NCBI GenBank assembly: GCA_041576165.1 | Contig: JBFGLM010000043.1 | Span: 1-38,572, forward strand | DNA from: Acidimicrobiia bacterium | GTDB taxonomy: Bacteria > Actinomycetota > Acidimicrobiia > Spongiisociales > Spongiisociaceae | Direction: 5' to 3' | DNA: 38,572 nt | Shown: piece after piece, positions 27,333 to 37,220 of the stretch | How the letters are laid out: each line of letters opens with the position of its first letter | How positions within the stretch are numbered: the stretch's first letter is position 1 | Program-made: the position numbers and the translations under genes | The notes under the pieces: model-generated | What the model was told of the DNA's origin: nothing | Seen by the model: the letters and a program-made list of their open reading frames with translations, nothing else | The model's database searches: none

Positions 27333-28805
27333 GTGAACGCCCAGCCCACCAGCGTGCTCTCACGGGAGCTGCTCCCGGCGTCTATCGCCATCTTCGCGAC
27401 AGCCGCGCTGGTCTCACTTCAGGTCATGGGGATTGCGGCCGCCACGCCGGAGATCGCCGCCGACTTGGGCGATGTGGCGCTCCTGCCCTGGGCCATCACT
27501 GCTTACCTACTCACCTCAGGCATGGCAACGGTCGTGGCGGGGCCGTTTGTCGACGGTGCGGGCGTGCGGAAAGTGTTCCGCATCGCGGTTGTCGTCTTTG
27601 CAACAGCAGGTTTCGCCGCCGCGTACTCGCCGTCCATGGGTGTTCTGGTCGCCATCCGAGCAGTGCAAGGTGTCGGGGCCGGGTTGATTCTCACCTCAGG
27701 CAACGCCGCCATTTCGCTTGTCTACCCGGAGCACCTCGTCGCCCGAGCGTTTGCCGCCAACGCGACGGTATGGGGAGTGATGGGTGTGGCCGGGCCGGCG
27801 GTAGCTGCCTGGATCCTCACCTTTCTGTCATGGCAGTGGATCTTCTATCTGAACCTCCCGTTCGGGATGTTGGCGTTGGCCGTGGGGTGGCGGGCCATGC
27901 CGGGACCGTACGGCGTTCGTGAGGGCCGGACCGACGTCCGCGGTCCGGCCCTGCTCGGCCTTGTGGTCCTGGCGCTGCTGCTAGCGGTCGACACTCTCGA
28001 CGTAACGTCGGTCGTGTGGGTGGGGATCGCAGCAGTGGCGGCGGCCGGGTATGCTCGGCACGCTCGCCGGGTGTCGGCGCCGGTGGTCCGCATCGAACAC
28101 ATCGCCCGCCAGCCCTACCTGGGCATGGCCGCTTCGACCGGCTTGCTGCTGACGGGCACGTTCGCAATGAACAACTACATACCCCTATACGTGCGCGCCT
28201 CCAAGGGCGCCTCACCAGGGATGACGGCATGGTCCGTCCTGCCTCTCACCGTCGGTTGGACGACGGGCGCCGTGATCTCCAGCCGCCTGGCAGACCGGCA
28301 CAGCGAATCGTGGATCGTGCTGGTCGGCCTCCTCGTTAACATCCCTGCGCTGGCCGTCACGTGGTTGCTGGTCCAGGCCGATGCGCCGATCTTTACCCTC
28401 TTCATCTCGTTCTTCACTGCCGGTGTCGGGGTGGGTATGAGCACCAACGCAGCGCTGACGTTGCTGCGTGCCGTCACTCCCACGGCCCAGATCGGCCGGG
28501 CTAGCTCGGCGCATCTTTTCGGCCGCAACATGGGGTTCACGTTCGGGGCGGCGATCGGCGGGGCGGTGCTGCTTTTCGTCGTCGCCGGCCAGATCGGCGA
28601 CCCCGAGTTGGTGCGAGGGTTGCTTGCGGGCGATGCCGCCACCTCCCCGCCCGGTTCGGCGGCGGCGGTGGCGAACGGGTTCGCGACGAGCGTCGCAGTG
28701 GGCCTGGTCCTGTCGGTTCTCGGGCTGCTCAGTTCCATCCGGCTGCGGCGTTCCCTGGCCGTGGCACGGGCCGCCAAGCGGCGCGGGGTGACGCAAGCGG
28801 GGTGA
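27333..28805 (+). CDS. MFS transporter (DHA2-like, about 14 TM)
   Basis: WAITAYLL, motif-A-like GPFVDGAGVRK, RAVQGVG, WQWIFYLNLPFG and many hydrophobic helices. Confidence 0.9.
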   Translation: MNAQPTSVLSRELLPASIAIFATAALVSLQVMGIAAATPEIAADLGDVALLPWAITAYLLTSGMATVVAGPFVDGAGVRKVFRIAVVVFATAGFAAAYSPSMGVLVAIRAVQGVGAGLILTSGNAAISLVYPEHLVARAFAANATVWGVMGVAGPAVAAWILTFLSWQWIFYLNLPFGMLALAVGWRAMPGPYGVREGRTDVRGPALLGLVVLALLLAVDTLDVTSVVWVGIAAVAAAGYARHARRVSAPVVRIEHIARQPYLGMAASTGLLLTGTFAMNNYIPLYVRASKGASPGMTAWSVLPLTVGWTTGAVISSRLADRHSESWIVLVGLLVNIPALAVTWLLVQADAPIFTLFISFFTAGVGVGMSTNAALTLLRAVTPTAQIGRASSAHLFGRNMGFTFGAAIGGAVLLFVVAGQIGDPELVRGLLAGDAATSPPGSAAAVANGFATSVAVGLVLSVLGLLSSIRLRRSLAVARAAKRRGVTQAG

Positions 28806-28938
28806 GGTCGCGACGAACGGTCCCTGTCGTGTACTGGTGATGCGTGTGAGCGGCATAACCGATGCCGTTGCGCGGCCAGGCGACGAACACCGTTCGACGT
28901 GGGGCGATGGACGTTCGGTCGCGGGGTAGGTTTTCCGC

Positions 28939-29583
28939 ATGTTCCAGCTGCCGACCACGCAATACGTGAAGTCTGGCGGCGCTCATGTGGCATTTCAGGT
29001 CGTGGGTGATGGTCCGCTGGATCTCGTCGTGTTTGGGGCCCTCGCGTCGCACGTCGAAATGATCTGGGAGGATCCCACCGCCGCACTGTTTCACCGGCGT
29101 CTCGCGGGCTTCTCCCGACCCGTCATCTACGACAAGCTCGGCGTAGGGATGTCCGACCCCATACCAGGCGGCGACTCCAGCTTGGAACAGAAGCTCGATG
29201 ACTGCCGGGCCGTCCTCGATGCTGTTGACTGCATGGAAGCCGTGTTTTCGGGGCACACGGGTGATGGCGTCATGGCTGTTTTCGACAGACCGGCGCAGGG
29301 CTTCCGATGCGCCCAAGCGGTCGCTGCGGACGTGGCGCCGCTGGGGCTGGAGTTGCGAATCGGCTTGCACATCGGTGAAGTTGAGTTCCGGGGTGACGAT
29401 GTCGCAGGCATCGCAGTGCACATCGCCGCCCGCGTGGCGGCAATGGCCGGCGGTGGCGAGGTCATGGTCAGCCACTCCATCCCACCGCTGGTTGTCGGAT
29501 CGGGGCTCTAGTTCGCCTCGGTCGGCCGTGGGGTTCTCAAAGGCGTGCCGGGGGAGTGGAAACTCTTCCGCGTGAGCGGCTGA
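28939..29583 (+). pseudogene. LipJ-like alpha/beta-hydrolase-adenylate/guanylate cyclase fusion, internally deleted and with a premature stop
   Basis: The hydrolase N-terminus (TQYVKSGGAHVAFQVVGDGPLDLV...YDKLGVGMSD) is joined directly to the cyclase TGDG...LRIGLHIGEVE...GIAVHIAARV. TAG at 29509-29511 interrupts GSGL*F, and the conserved tail LKGVPGEWKLF continues to TGA 29583. Confidence 0.8.
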
Positions 29584-29886
29584 TCGGGACGGGCACTGCT
29601 GCGTCCACACCGTCCTCATTGCTGGCATCTGGTTCAACATCGGTCCGATGTTGTTCGCCGGCGCGACGTGCGGATCTGCATCGTCTGGAGCTACGTCGTC
29701 GACGTTGCTGGTGGTGCTTGGCGAATTCGCGCTTTCACCGTAGGCCTCACCGCAGCGTTCTGTCTCGGTGTGATGTGGTCGACGATGGCAGTGGCGCGTC
29801 TGTGGTCGCCTTATGCGCACGGTGATGCCCAGCGCGGAGAACTAACCGCGCCGGCGATGGATACCCGGCTGGAGCCTGGGTCTCGG

Positions 29887-30234
29887 TCATAGCCCCAAAT
29901 GCAGGCGAAGAGCCTCGTCGATCTCGACCATCAGGCCGGGCGGGACGCTACCGGCCTTGGATGTGACACGATCGGCAGAGACGGAACGTACTTGTTCGGC
30001 CTGTGCCTTCGAGTCGCGCGTGAGCCCGGTCTGGCCGGCCGGCAGCAGAACTTGGAACGGGTAGACGCGTTCCACATTGGCGGTGACCGGGATCACCGTC
30101 ACTACGCCCCGGCCTAGTCGGGCTGCGGTGGTGTTGGCGCCATCGTTAGAGACGATCACGGCGGGACGCCGCTTGTCTGCGTCACCGCCGCGCGCTGGAT
30201 CGAGATCAACAAGCCGGATCTCGCCGCGCAGCAT
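29887..30234 (-). CDS. mazF: MazF/PemK family endoribonuclease toxin (MazF9-like)
   Basis: MLRGEIRLVDLDPARG...RPAVIVSNDGAN...GRGVVTVIPVT...VYPFQVLL...SKAQAEQVRSV...EALRLHLGL. ATG overlaps the antitoxin stop (TAATG). Confidence 0.93.
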   Translation of the reverse strand: MLRGEIRLVDLDPARGGDADKRRPAVIVSNDGANTTAARLGRGVVTVIPVTANVERVYPFQVLLPAGQTGLTRDSKAQAEQVRSVSADRVTSKAGSVPPGLMVEIDEALRLHLGL

Positions 30235-30458
30235 TATCTCGTGCTCAGACCGTCGGCACTGGTGCCGTCCCATGCCTCGGCGTCGGGCCTGTCGGTCCAT
30301 TCGGCCCACGCGCATGCATAGTCGGCTTCGAGTTCCGAGGCACGCAACAGGCGGACTGCCTGATGGACAACCGCCGAACGCGATTCGTAGCCCTTGATCT
30401 GGGCGTACTGGTCGAGGAACTCAACATCTTCTTCGGGAAGGCTCACACTCAGCTTCAT
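30234..30458 (-). CDS. mazE: Ribbon-helix-helix antitoxin (MazE9-like)
   Basis: MKLSVSLPEEDVEFLD...SRSAVVHQAVRLLR...LEADYA.AWAEW...AWD....DGL, directly upstream of mazF. Confidence 0.9.
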   Translation of the reverse strand: MKLSVSLPEEDVEFLDQYAQIKGYESRSAVVHQAVRLLRASELEADYACAWAEWTDRPDAEAWDGTSADGLSTR

Positions 30459-30464
30459 ACCTCT

Positions 30465-30496
30465 AGACTACCGATAGTAAGAATAGATAGCTACCT
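30465..30496 (-). promoter_or_regulatory. Putative mazEF -10 box and autoregulatory operator
   Basis: TAGTCT (30470-30465) sits 6 nt before the ATG. Two imperfect 12-bp palindromes: ACTACCGATAGT (30467-30478) and AGATAGCTACCT (30485-30496). Confidence 0.5.
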
Positions 30497-30598
30497 ACGA
30501 GGTGTGCCGCTTTGCGATCCAGACCGCACCCGGGAGCCGCAGTGGTGATGCAATGAGCGAACCCCAGGGCCTTCCCGGCCCGGTGATATGGTTCCGCG

Positions 30599-30940
30599 AT
30601 GGAGCGCCGCACGGTGGTGGTTGCGCACGAGATCCCCAAGCGGCAGCCCATTCAGATCACCCCCGGTGAGCGCGTGGAGGTCGGCGACCGTGACTCCGAT
30701 TGGCCGGAGTTCGTGTTCGTGAAGACTCGATCAGGTAGTGGCTGGGTGCCTGCCCGCCACCTGTCCGGCTCCCAGGGGCCGGCGATTGTGCTGAATGCCT
30801 ACGACACAACAGAGCTTCGCACGGTCATCGGCGAGCGCCTGGAGGTCGTGGGGCCCGATCCGGTAAGCGGCTGGACATGGTGCCGTAATACGGCCGGTGA
30901 GGAAGGGTGGGTGCCCGATCGGACACTCGGGTGCGGCTGA
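30599..30940 (+). CDS. Tandem SH3-like domain protein
   Basis: Two GE-x-V/L-E-V...W...GWVP units (GERVEV...SGWVP and GERLEV...GWTWC...EGWVP). Confidence 0.8.
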   Translation: MERRTVVVAHEIPKRQPIQITPGERVEVGDRDSDWPEFVFVKTRSGSGWVPARHLSGSQGPAIVLNAYDTTELRTVIGERLEVVGPDPVSGWTWCRNTAGEEGWVPDRTLGCG

Positions 30941-30963
30941 TCGCTCGCTGGGCCGACTGTGCC

Positions 30964-31878
30964 TCAGGCCGGAGCGAATAGGTCGTCTTGGAGATACTTC
31001 AATCCCGAGTCGCACAGTATGGTCACGACCCGGTGGCCTGGACCGAGGCGTTGTGCCAGATCGAGAGCAACGGAGACGTTGGCGCCGGAGCTGATTCCGG
31101 CGAAAAGCCCTTCGGTTGTTGCGAGTTCCCTGGCCATTCGGTATGCCTGCTCGTCGGTCACCGCCGCGATCTCGTCGGCGAGATCCTCCCGATAGATGGT
31201 TGGTTTGAATCCTGGTCCCATGCCTTCGAGACGATGTCCGGCGTAGGGAGGCACGCCACTCAACGCTCGCGAGTTGGCGGGCTCCACCGCGACGCAGTGC
31301 ACATCCGGGCTGCCGGCCTTGAGAATCTCGGCGGTACCAGAGAAACTGCCCCCGGTACCGACCCCCTGGACGAACGCGGACACAGTGTCACCTAGGGCGG
31401 TCAGGATCTCGTGCCCGAGGGCGTGATAACCGGTCCGGTTGTCGACGTTGTTGAATTGATCAGTCCAAAACGCGTCGGGTTCGGACGCCAAGGAGCGAGC
31501 CCGCTCGATGATGGCCTGGATCAAGTCAGGCGTGACGCGCCGATCGACGCTCGGTACCAGCTCAACTTCGGCGCCGAAGGCCCGCATGGTCTGCAATTTC
31601 TCCTCGGCGAACGCATCCGACGAGACGAAGTGTGCTCGGTACCCCTTGGCGGCACTGACCATCGCCAGCGAGCTACCGGTGCTTCCGGCCGTGTACTCAA
31701 CAACCTGGTATCCGGGACGTAGCTCGTCGCGCGCCTCGGCCCCCTCGATCATCGAAAGAGCCATCCGATCCTTCATGCTCCCGGTTGGATTGGCACCCTC
31801 CCACTTCACGTAGACCTCAGCGCTGCCCGAGCGGGGCAGCCGCTCGAGCCGTATCAGCGGTGTGTTCCCGATATGCAT
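30964..31878 (-). CDS. cysK: PLP-dependent cysteine synthase family protein
   Basis: IGNTPLIRL, KWEGANPTGSMKDR (PLP Lys), DQFNN, GVGTGG, AVEP, GISSGAN and ILCDSGLKY. Confidence 0.88.
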   Translation of the reverse strand: MHIGNTPLIRLERLPRSGSAEVYVKWEGANPTGSMKDRMALSMIEGAEARDELRPGYQVVEYTAGSTGSSLAMVSAAKGYRAHFVSSDAFAEEKLQTMRAFGAEVELVPSVDRRVTPDLIQAIIERARSLASEPDAFWTDQFNNVDNRTGYHALGHEILTALGDTVSAFVQGVGTGGSFSGTAEILKAGSPDVHCVAVEPANSRALSGVPPYAGHRLEGMGPGFKPTIYREDLADEIAAVTDEQAYRMARELATTEGLFAGISSGANVSVALDLAQRLGPGHRVVTILCDSGLKYLQDDLFAPA

Positions 31879-32218
31879 CTCTCGGACTCACCCTCCATAC
31901 GTAGAGCCCTGAGTTTGACACTACCTCCAGGGGACGACGCCCTCATCACGGCCCTGCCACGCGGTACCGGAGTCCTCCATACCTGGAGGTGCCCGGTGAG
32001 GAGAATCCGACTTCAGTTGTAGCGACTGAGCGCAAGGTCGCCGCGCCGACGAGGGGTTGACCTTGGCTTCATCGGCCCGACGAACTTCCGGCGAGACAGC
32101 GTCCGCCAGTATCGTGATCGCCCGTGCTGGACGTAACACGCCTGGTGTCGGCTTGACACCCCCCGCTCCCGAACCTCGACGCCGTCTGTCGCTTCCCGTG
32201 AGCTGAGTGGGGTGCAGC

Positions 32219-32935
32219 ATGACCATCGGGAATGAAACGGACCGCATCCTCGTCACCGGCGCCAGCCGCGGGATCGGGCGCGCCACCGCCCTCGCCTTCG
32301 GCCGCACCGGTGCTGCCATCGCGCTACTGGCTCGAGAGAGCTCTGAGCTCCGCGACGTTGCCCACGAGCTCGATGACCTGGGCGCCAGGAACGTCGTAGC
32401 GCCATGCGACGTTCGCGACGCCGAGGCGGTCGCACGGGGGATCGCGGACGTCGAACGGGAGCTGGGAGGCATCGACGTTCTCGTCAACAACGCCGGGGGA
32501 GGACGCTACGCGCCGTTCGCCGACCTGACCGAAACCGATTGGGCTGGCATGCTGACGCTGAATGTCACGGGCCTGGCCAACGTCACCCGCGCGGTGCTTC
32601 CGGGCATGCGTCGGCGAGGTCGCGGCCATGTGATCAATATCGGCTCGATCAGAGGCTTGGAGGGCGCCCCGACGATGACCGCCTACACGGCGAGCAAGTT
32701 CGCGGTGACTGGCCTCACGCGAGCGCTGCGCCAGGAGCTGGCGGGATCGGGGATACTCGTGTCGCTGGTATCACCGGGAGGTGTCAAGACCGGGTTCGGG
32801 GGCATCGACCCGGGGGAGAAGGATCCGACGTGGATGGAGCCGGCGGCGGTGGCCGATCTCGTCGTGCAAGTGGTCGAGTTCCGAGGACGCGGCTGGATCA
32901 CCGAGGTCACGATCATGCCGGAGCCGGCTGACTGA
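32219..32935 (+). CDS. Classical SDR oxidoreductase
   Basis: TGASRGIG, LVNNAG, NIGS and YTASK. Confidence 0.9.
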   Translation: MTIGNETDRILVTGASRGIGRATALAFGRTGAAIALLARESSELRDVAHELDDLGARNVVAPCDVRDAEAVARGIADVERELGGIDVLVNNAGGGRYAPFADLTETDWAGMLTLNVTGLANVTRAVLPGMRRRGRGHVINIGSIRGLEGAPTMTAYTASKFAVTGLTRALRQELAGSGILVSLVSPGGVKTGFGGIDPGEKDPTWMEPAAVADLVVQVVEFRGRGWITEVTIMPEPAD

Positions 32936-33013
32936 GGTCACCGCCTCGCCCGCGACCCGTGCAGGATCGACCGGGCGGGCGCCCGCCCCACCCGGCTAGC
33001 TTCGCGTCTCGAG

Positions 33014-34570
33014 ATGGAATCCGATCCGCACGTGCTCGCTGTCGATCTCGGAACCTCGGGACCGAAGGTGGCGCTCGTGTCGTCAGAGGGGGCCGTCGTG
33101 GGGGGCGAGTTCGAGCCGATCGAGCTCATTCTCCTGCCCGGCGGAGGCGCCGAACAGGACCCGGAGCAGTGGTGGCGGGCGATCGTGACCGCCTCCCGGA
33201 GAGCTATCGCCAATGCTGGCGTCCCCCCCGGTTCGATCACGGCGGTGTCAGTGACCGCCCAGTGGTCGGGCACCGTCGCCATCGACGCCACGGGCCGTCA
33301 CATCGGCAACGCCATCATCTGGATGGACAGCCGCGGCCAGCCTTTCGTGGCCGACCTGGTCGGCGGGCCAGTCCGGGTCCGGGGATACGACCCACGCAAG
33401 CTTCGCACCTGGATCCGGTTGACGGGCGGTGCGCCATCGGGTTCGGGGAAGGACCCCATCGCGCACATCCTCTACCTGCGTCACCAACACCCGGACGTCT
33501 ACCAGCAAGCGGCCGTATTCCTGGAGCCCAAGGACTATCTCAACTTACGCCTCACCGGAGAGACGGTCGCCTCATTCGACTCCATTGCGCTGCACTGGCT
33601 CACCGACAACCGCGATCCGAATGCGGTCGATTACCACGAGGATTTGCTCGAACTGGCGGCGATTGAGCGCGACCGCCTTCCGCGCCTGACGCCGGCCACC
33701 GAGATCATCGGTACGGTGACCGCCCAGGCGGCGTCGGAGCTGGGTCTCGAGCGGGACGTCGTTGTGATCGGCGGGACCCCCGACGTTCACTCTGCAGCAA
33801 TCGGTGCCGGAACCACCGCCGACCTCGCTGCGCACCTCTATATCGGCACCTCCTCGTGGATCACCTGCCACGTCCCCTTCAAGAAAACCGATCTCATCCA
33901 CAACATCGCCACACTCCCGGCGCCGGTCCCCGGCCGGTACCTGATCGCCAACGAGCAGGAAACGGCCGGCAAGGCACTCGAGTGGGCGGCGCGTCTGCTG
34001 TTCCCGCCACCGATCGATGCTGAGGTGTATGCGGAGATGGAACGCATGGCGTCTCGCGTCGCGCCGGGGGCCGGCGGGGTGATCTTCACGCCTTGGCTCT
34101 ACGGGGAGCGCACCCCCGTCGAAGATGCCACCCTCCGGGGAGGGTTCTTCAACCAGTCGCTCGAGACGGGGCGAGCCGAGCTGATCCGGGCGGTGTTCGA
34201 AGGGGTGGCCCTCAACGCCCGCTGGTTGCTCCAGCACGTCGAGAAACTCGCAGGGACCAGGCTCGACCCGATTGCGGCGGTGGGTGGCGGCGCCCGCTCG
34301 CAGCTGTGGGCGCAGATCCACGCCGACATCCTCGGCCGCACGATCCGGTTGGCGGAGGACCCAGTCATGGCGAATGTCCGGGGAGCGGGGTTGCTGGCGC
34401 ACGCCGCCATCGGCACGGTGGCGTGGAACGACATCCCCCACCTGGTGCCGGTGTCATCCATCCACGTGCCCGACCCGGCCAACACCCAACGGTACGAAAG
34501 AACGTACGATGCCTTCCGCCGGATCCACCGGGCGACCCGGCGAATCACCCGAGACCTCAACAGACCATGA
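33014..34570 (+). CDS. FGGY-family carbohydrate kinase (xylulokinase-like)
   Basis: [49 protein letters not shown] and VGGGARS. Confidence 0.9.
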   Translation: MESDPHVLAVDLGTSGPKVALVSSEGAVVGGEFEPIELILLPGGGAEQDPEQWWRAIVTASRRAIANAGVPPGSITAVSVTAQWSGTVAIDATGRHIGNAIIWMDSRGQPFVADLVGGPVRVRGYDPRKLRTWIRLTGGAPSGSGKDPIAHILYLRHQHPDVYQQAAVFLEPKDYLNLRLTGETVASFDSIALHWLTDNRDPNAVDYHEDLLELAAIERDRLPRLTPATEIIGTVTAQAASELGLERDVVVIGGTPDVHSAAIGAGTTADLAAHLYIGTSSWITCHVPFKKTDLIHNIATLPAPVPGRYLIANEQETAGKALEWAARLLFPPPIDAEVYAEMERMASRVAPGAGGVIFTPWLYGERTPVEDATLRGGFFNQSLETGRAELIRAVFEGVALNARWLLQHVEKLAGTRLDPIAAVGGGARSQLWAQIHADILGRTIRLAEDPVMANVRGAGLLAHAAIGTVAWNDIPHLVPVSSIHVPDPANTQRYERTYDAFRRIHRATRRITRDLNRP

Positions 34571-36075
34571 ACCTCACTCCGTTCGCAGAGCGCCTCCTCT
34601 CCCGCCTCCCGCCCCGGATGGCGGAGATGCTTTTCGGCGGGGCGAACAGGATCGGCGCGGTGAGACGACGCCTCGATGATGAGTACCGGCGGATGCTCGA
34701 CTCGGCCCCGGTCCCGCGACCTGCCAATGATCTCGTTCTCCACGACCGGATCCCGGAACAGCCACTCGGCCGTGACGACATTCTTGCCACCCTGGCCACG
34801 ATGGCCGATGACGAGCAGCGGGCTTGGGAGGACGGCCGGGCCTCAGGAGCCGTCTACCACGGTGACCGGGGGCACATCGAGTTCCTCAATCAGGTGTATG
34901 CGCTCCATTCGCAGTCGAATCCGCTCCACGTCGACCTGTGGCCGTCGGGGATGAAGTTCGAGGCGGAGGTGGTGGCGATGACCGCTGCCATGCTCGGCGG
35001 CGACGGCGACGTCGTGGGCACGATGACCTCCGGCGGCACGGAGTCGATCATCATGGCGATGAAGGCCTACCGCGACCGGGCGGGGATCTCCCGGCCGGAG
35101 ATGGTGATCCCGGACTCGGCCCACGTCGCATTCGACAAGGCCGCGCACTACCTGGGTATTCGCCAGGTGAGAGTGCCCGTCGGCGACGACTACCGGGCCG
35201 ACGTCGCCGCCATGGAGGCCGCCATAACCCGCCGGACAGTGGTGGTCGCCGGGTCCGCCCCCGGATTCCCCCACGGCGTGATCGACCCTATCGCGGAGCT
35301 GTCGGAGATGACAAGGGCACGGGGTATCGGGTTTCACACCGACGCCTGTCTGGGAGCTTTCGTCCTGCCCTGGGCGGAGCGGCTCGGCTGCGACGTTCCC
35401 CGCTTCGATTTCCGCCTCGCCGGCGTTACCTCGATGTCTGCCGACACCCACAAGTACGGCTACGCCCCCAAAGGCACATCGGTGGTGTTGTACCGCGGGG
35501 CGAGCCTGCGCCGTAACCAGTACTTCGTTTCGACCGACTGGCCGGGAGGTCTCTACTACTCGGCGGCGATGGCGGGAAGCCGACCCGGGGCGCTGGTGGC
35601 GGCCGCCTGGGCGGCGATGCTCGCCACCGGTGAGCAGGGATACCTCGACGCCGTCCAGTCGATCCTGGATACCGGCGCCCAGGTACGCCGTGGCATTGAG
35701 GCGATCCCCGAGCTACGGGTGCTGGGCGATCCGTGGTGGGTGATCGCCTTCGCCTCCGACGAGGTGAACATCTACGAAGTGATGGCCCAGATGGCGAAGC
35801 GAGGATGGAGCCTCAACGGCCTCCACCGCCCGCCCGCCGTCCACATCGCCCTCACCCTCCGCCACACCCGGCCGGGGATTGCGGAGGCCTTCCTCTCCGA
35901 TCTCCGGCAGTCGGTAAACGAGGCTCGCCTGACGGGGACCGAGCCGCGCACGGGTTCGGCGCCGGTGTACGGCATGGCCGCCACCTTCCCCGCCCGGGGC
36001 GCCGTCGGCGAACTACTCCGCCGCTACATCGATCGCCTGTACCGAGTGGAGCGATCCGAGCCGATCGAGAAGTAG
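34567..36075 (+). CDS. Sphingosine-1-phosphate lyase-like PLP enzyme (group II decarboxylase fold)
   Basis: [73 protein letters not shown] and PVYGMA. ATG overlaps the kinase stop (ATGA). Confidence 0.85.
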   Translation: MNLTPFAERLLSRLPPRMAEMLFGGANRIGAVRRRLDDEYRRMLDSAPVPRPANDLVLHDRIPEQPLGRDDILATLATMADDEQRAWEDGRASGAVYHGDRGHIEFLNQVYALHSQSNPLHVDLWPSGMKFEAEVVAMTAAMLGGDGDVVGTMTSGGTESIIMAMKAYRDRAGISRPEMVIPDSAHVAFDKAAHYLGIRQVRVPVGDDYRADVAAMEAAITRRTVVVAGSAPGFPHGVIDPIAELSEMTRARGIGFHTDACLGAFVLPWAERLGCDVPRFDFRLAGVTSMSADTHKYGYAPKGTSVVLYRGASLRRNQYFVSTDWPGGLYYSAAMAGSRPGALVAAAWAAMLATGEQGYLDAVQSILDTGAQVRRGIEAIPELRVLGDPWWVIAFASDEVNIYEVMAQMAKRGWSLNGLHRPPAVHIALTLRHTRPGIAEAFLSDLRQSVNEARLTGTEPRTGSAPVYGMAATFPARGAVGELLRRYIDRLYRVERSEPIEK

Positions 36076-36155
36076 CACTCGGCGGGGTAGACGCTCGATC
36101 GATCAAGCTGCGGCAGTCGACACCTCCAGCTATGACCGGCCGAGGCCGATAGCGG

Positions 36156-37220
36156 CTACCTTCGCACCGGCGGGTGTATGTTCTCCGTCTCTTCCTCAGC
36201 GCGGCATAGCCGGTGCCGGCAAGTCGCCGCTGCCTCCTGGGTCGTCTGGGTGAGTTCTTCTAGCCGCGCCGGTCGTCGCTGAACCGCTATGCGTCTCTTC
36301 GCCGATTGCGCAGGATCGACCAAAGGACCACGAGTGCGACGATTGCCACGATCTGCGACAACATGATGACAAGCGTCCGCTGGGTGCGAGGTGCACCCTC
36401 GCCAAGTTTCGCTGGTCTGGTTCTCTCCGTGGTGTGCGCGGGATGCGCCATGCCTTTCTTCTCCCTTCGATTCAAGCACTGCTACCGGGTCACGATCCAC
36501 CGGCGGCGAGCCGACGTGCTCCGACCGCCTGGATACGAGTTGTGCGCCGTACGGAATCAGAGCAACTGCCATCAGGACGGCGGCGCTCAGGTTGATGATC
36601 TCGGCGCCGTCCGGGAACCCCACGAACAGCACCCCGACCAGCAACAGCCAGAGTTGCCATCTGGGCAATACCTTGGTCTTCAGCATCGCAACAGTTTGGA
36701 TTGCCACTCCGATGGGCATGAGCAGCAGACCCCACACCAGCACCATCCAGCCTTTGAACGAGAACATGGCCAGTAGACCTGGCATCATCTGTGCGAACTC
36801 GCTCTCGGGCAGCGTGTCCAATGCGCTCATGGTCAGGCACAGCGCGCCCTTGTCTGCGGCCAGCAGGCAGGCGCCCAACACCGCCATGGCGGCTCCAACG
36901 AGGCCTGCCCAAGCGCCGGAGGTGTGGTCCAGTAACTTCATGAAGTGCACCGTCAAGACCACCAGCACTGCCGTGTTGAGAGTGACAAGCGCATGCGCGG
37001 CCTGCTGTAGGCCATCGCCGTGAGCGCGAGCTATGAGTTCCTCCGCCGTGAGTATTCGCGGGTCGGCTAGGTCGGGATGCACGGCGAAGGCGAAGACCCA
37101 GATCAGCGGGAAAACGATGAAGCAGAGCCCGACTGCAATGCGCTTCGCCCGATCGATCGGCCTGTCTTCGACAAGGCCGCCGGCGCCGTCGGTTGTTGTG
37201 TTCCCCTCTACGATCTTCAC
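36156..37220 (-). CDS. Hypothetical multi-pass membrane protein (DUF4386-like); C-terminal extension doubtful
   Basis: GTG 37220 follows AGGAGG. About six hydrophobic segments extend to about 36540, followed by a polar tail that does not look conserved. Confidence 0.6.
   Translation of the reverse strand: MKIVEGNTTTDGAGGLVEDRPIDRAKRIAVGLCFIVFPLIWVFAFAVHPDLADPRILTAEELIARAHGDGLQQAAHALVTLNTAVLVVLTVHFMKLLDHTSGAWAGLVGAAMAVLGACLLAADKGALCLTMSALDTLPESEFAQMMPGLLAMFSFKGWMVLVWGLLLMPIGVAIQTVAMLKTKVLPRWQLWLLLVGVLFVGFPDGAEIINLSAAVLMAVALIPYGAQLVSRRSEHVGSPPVDRDPVAVLESKGEERHGASRAHHGENQTSETWRGCTSHPADACHHVVADRGNRRTRGPLVDPAQSAKRRIAVQRRPARLEELTQTTQEAAATCRHRLCRAEEETENIHPPVRR
36287..36451 (-). CDS. Putative small single-TM protein (54 aa)
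   Basis: Purine-rich RBS-like AAGGGAGAAGAAAGG before ATG 36451. C-terminal hydrophobic helix LVIMLSQIVAIVALVVLWSIL followed by RNRRR. It overlaps the tail of the upstream ORF in another frame. Confidence 0.4.
   Translation of the reverse strand: MAHPAHTTERTRPAKLGEGAPRTQRTLVIMLSQIVAIVALVVLWSILRNRRRDA

Noticed and set aside
29509-29511. In-frame TAG as pyrrolysine or programmed read-through
   Set aside because: The gene is already crippled by a large deletion and there are no pyl genes in the window. A nonsense mutation is the simpler explanation.
29584-29892. Hydrophobic 74-aa ORF (29668-29892) between the cyclase relic and mazF
   Set aside because: No RBS or recognisable family. It may be a gene remnant, but this cannot be supported.
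32020-32210. c-di-AMP (ydaO) or SAM-IV riboswitch fragments (GAATCC, CCCGAACC, CCCGTGAGCTGA)
   Set aside because: Only scattered short matches with wrong spacing, and the required conserved blocks are missing.
34093-34566. 158-aa N-terminal extension of the lyase ORF in the ORF track
   Set aside because: It overlaps the kinase gene out of frame and is Arg/Pro-rich noise. The ATGA-coupled start at 34567 is far more plausible.
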